Positions 63,701 through 64,000 of a stretch of 64,000 bases of DNA are shown piece after piece. This stretch comes from Hormiphora californensis. Lineage: Eukaryota; Animalia; Ctenophora. Below the pieces are notes generated by a model that saw only the letters and a program-made list of their open reading frames with translations, had not been told where the DNA came from and did not search any database. The number at the start of each line of letters is the position of its first letter. Positions within the stretch are counted from its first letter, which is position 1. The translations under genes and the position numbers were made by a program. The stretch covers positions 2,232,001 to 2,296,000 of the forward strand of contig CM035356.1 in NCBI GenBank assembly GCA_020137815.1, written 5' to 3'.

Positions 63701-64000
63701 AAAGTCGTATGGGAAAATTTAGTATTTTCCGTTAGGCGATCTCAAGTTTCTTAAAGAGCAGGATATCATTGATAAGGGTATGCTTTGTCATGTGCTTTAA
63801 AATAAAATAACGTGCATGATTCTAGTGATTCAGGAACGAAAAACAAACAAAAAGATTTTTGAGTCCCCGGATAAACCCCAGAACCCAGAAAAAATTTGGG
63901 GAGAATTAAACTTTTCAATGACCTTTTTTCTGAAATTCTCCTGGCAATTCCCAAAATATACCCCCCCCCTTCCCCCTAAAGACACTGGTGCCTGAAAACC

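Overview
Eukaryotic (animal) genomic DNA with short GT-AG introns and many (GA)n microsatellites. A ctenophore source is inferred from a lineage-typical protein domain; the sequence alone does not prove it. From about 13.9 kb the window is a compact gene cluster. On the minus strand are EFTUD2/Snu114, an intronless SET-domain gene, RNGTT (mRNA capping enzyme) and NUP107. CEP120 is transcribed divergently on the plus strand, with an ~8 kb array of a 34-bp repeat in one intron. ERGIC3, an SLC17/sialin-like transporter and an unknown Cys-rich type I membrane protein follow on the minus strand. Main observations: (1) a three-exon secreted-protein gene (signal peptide, ~150-aa domain, Sushi/CCP domain) nested antisense in an EFTUD2 intron; (2) a 5'-truncated Penelope-like (Naiad-type GIY-YIG) retroelement with a minimal hammerhead ribozyme, inverted pLTR and 14-bp target-site duplication (TSD); (3) a 65-bp hammerhead-core insert with a 15-bp TSD that reads as an in-frame cassette exon on the EFTUD2 strand; (4) splice acceptors just upstream of most start codons, suggesting trans-splicing; (5) several foldback, MITE and Helitron2-like non-autonomous elements. 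About 62.07-63.7 kb is homopolymer-degraded and probably a sequencing artifact. No rRNA, tRNA or CRISPR array was seen. Exon coordinates were read by eye.
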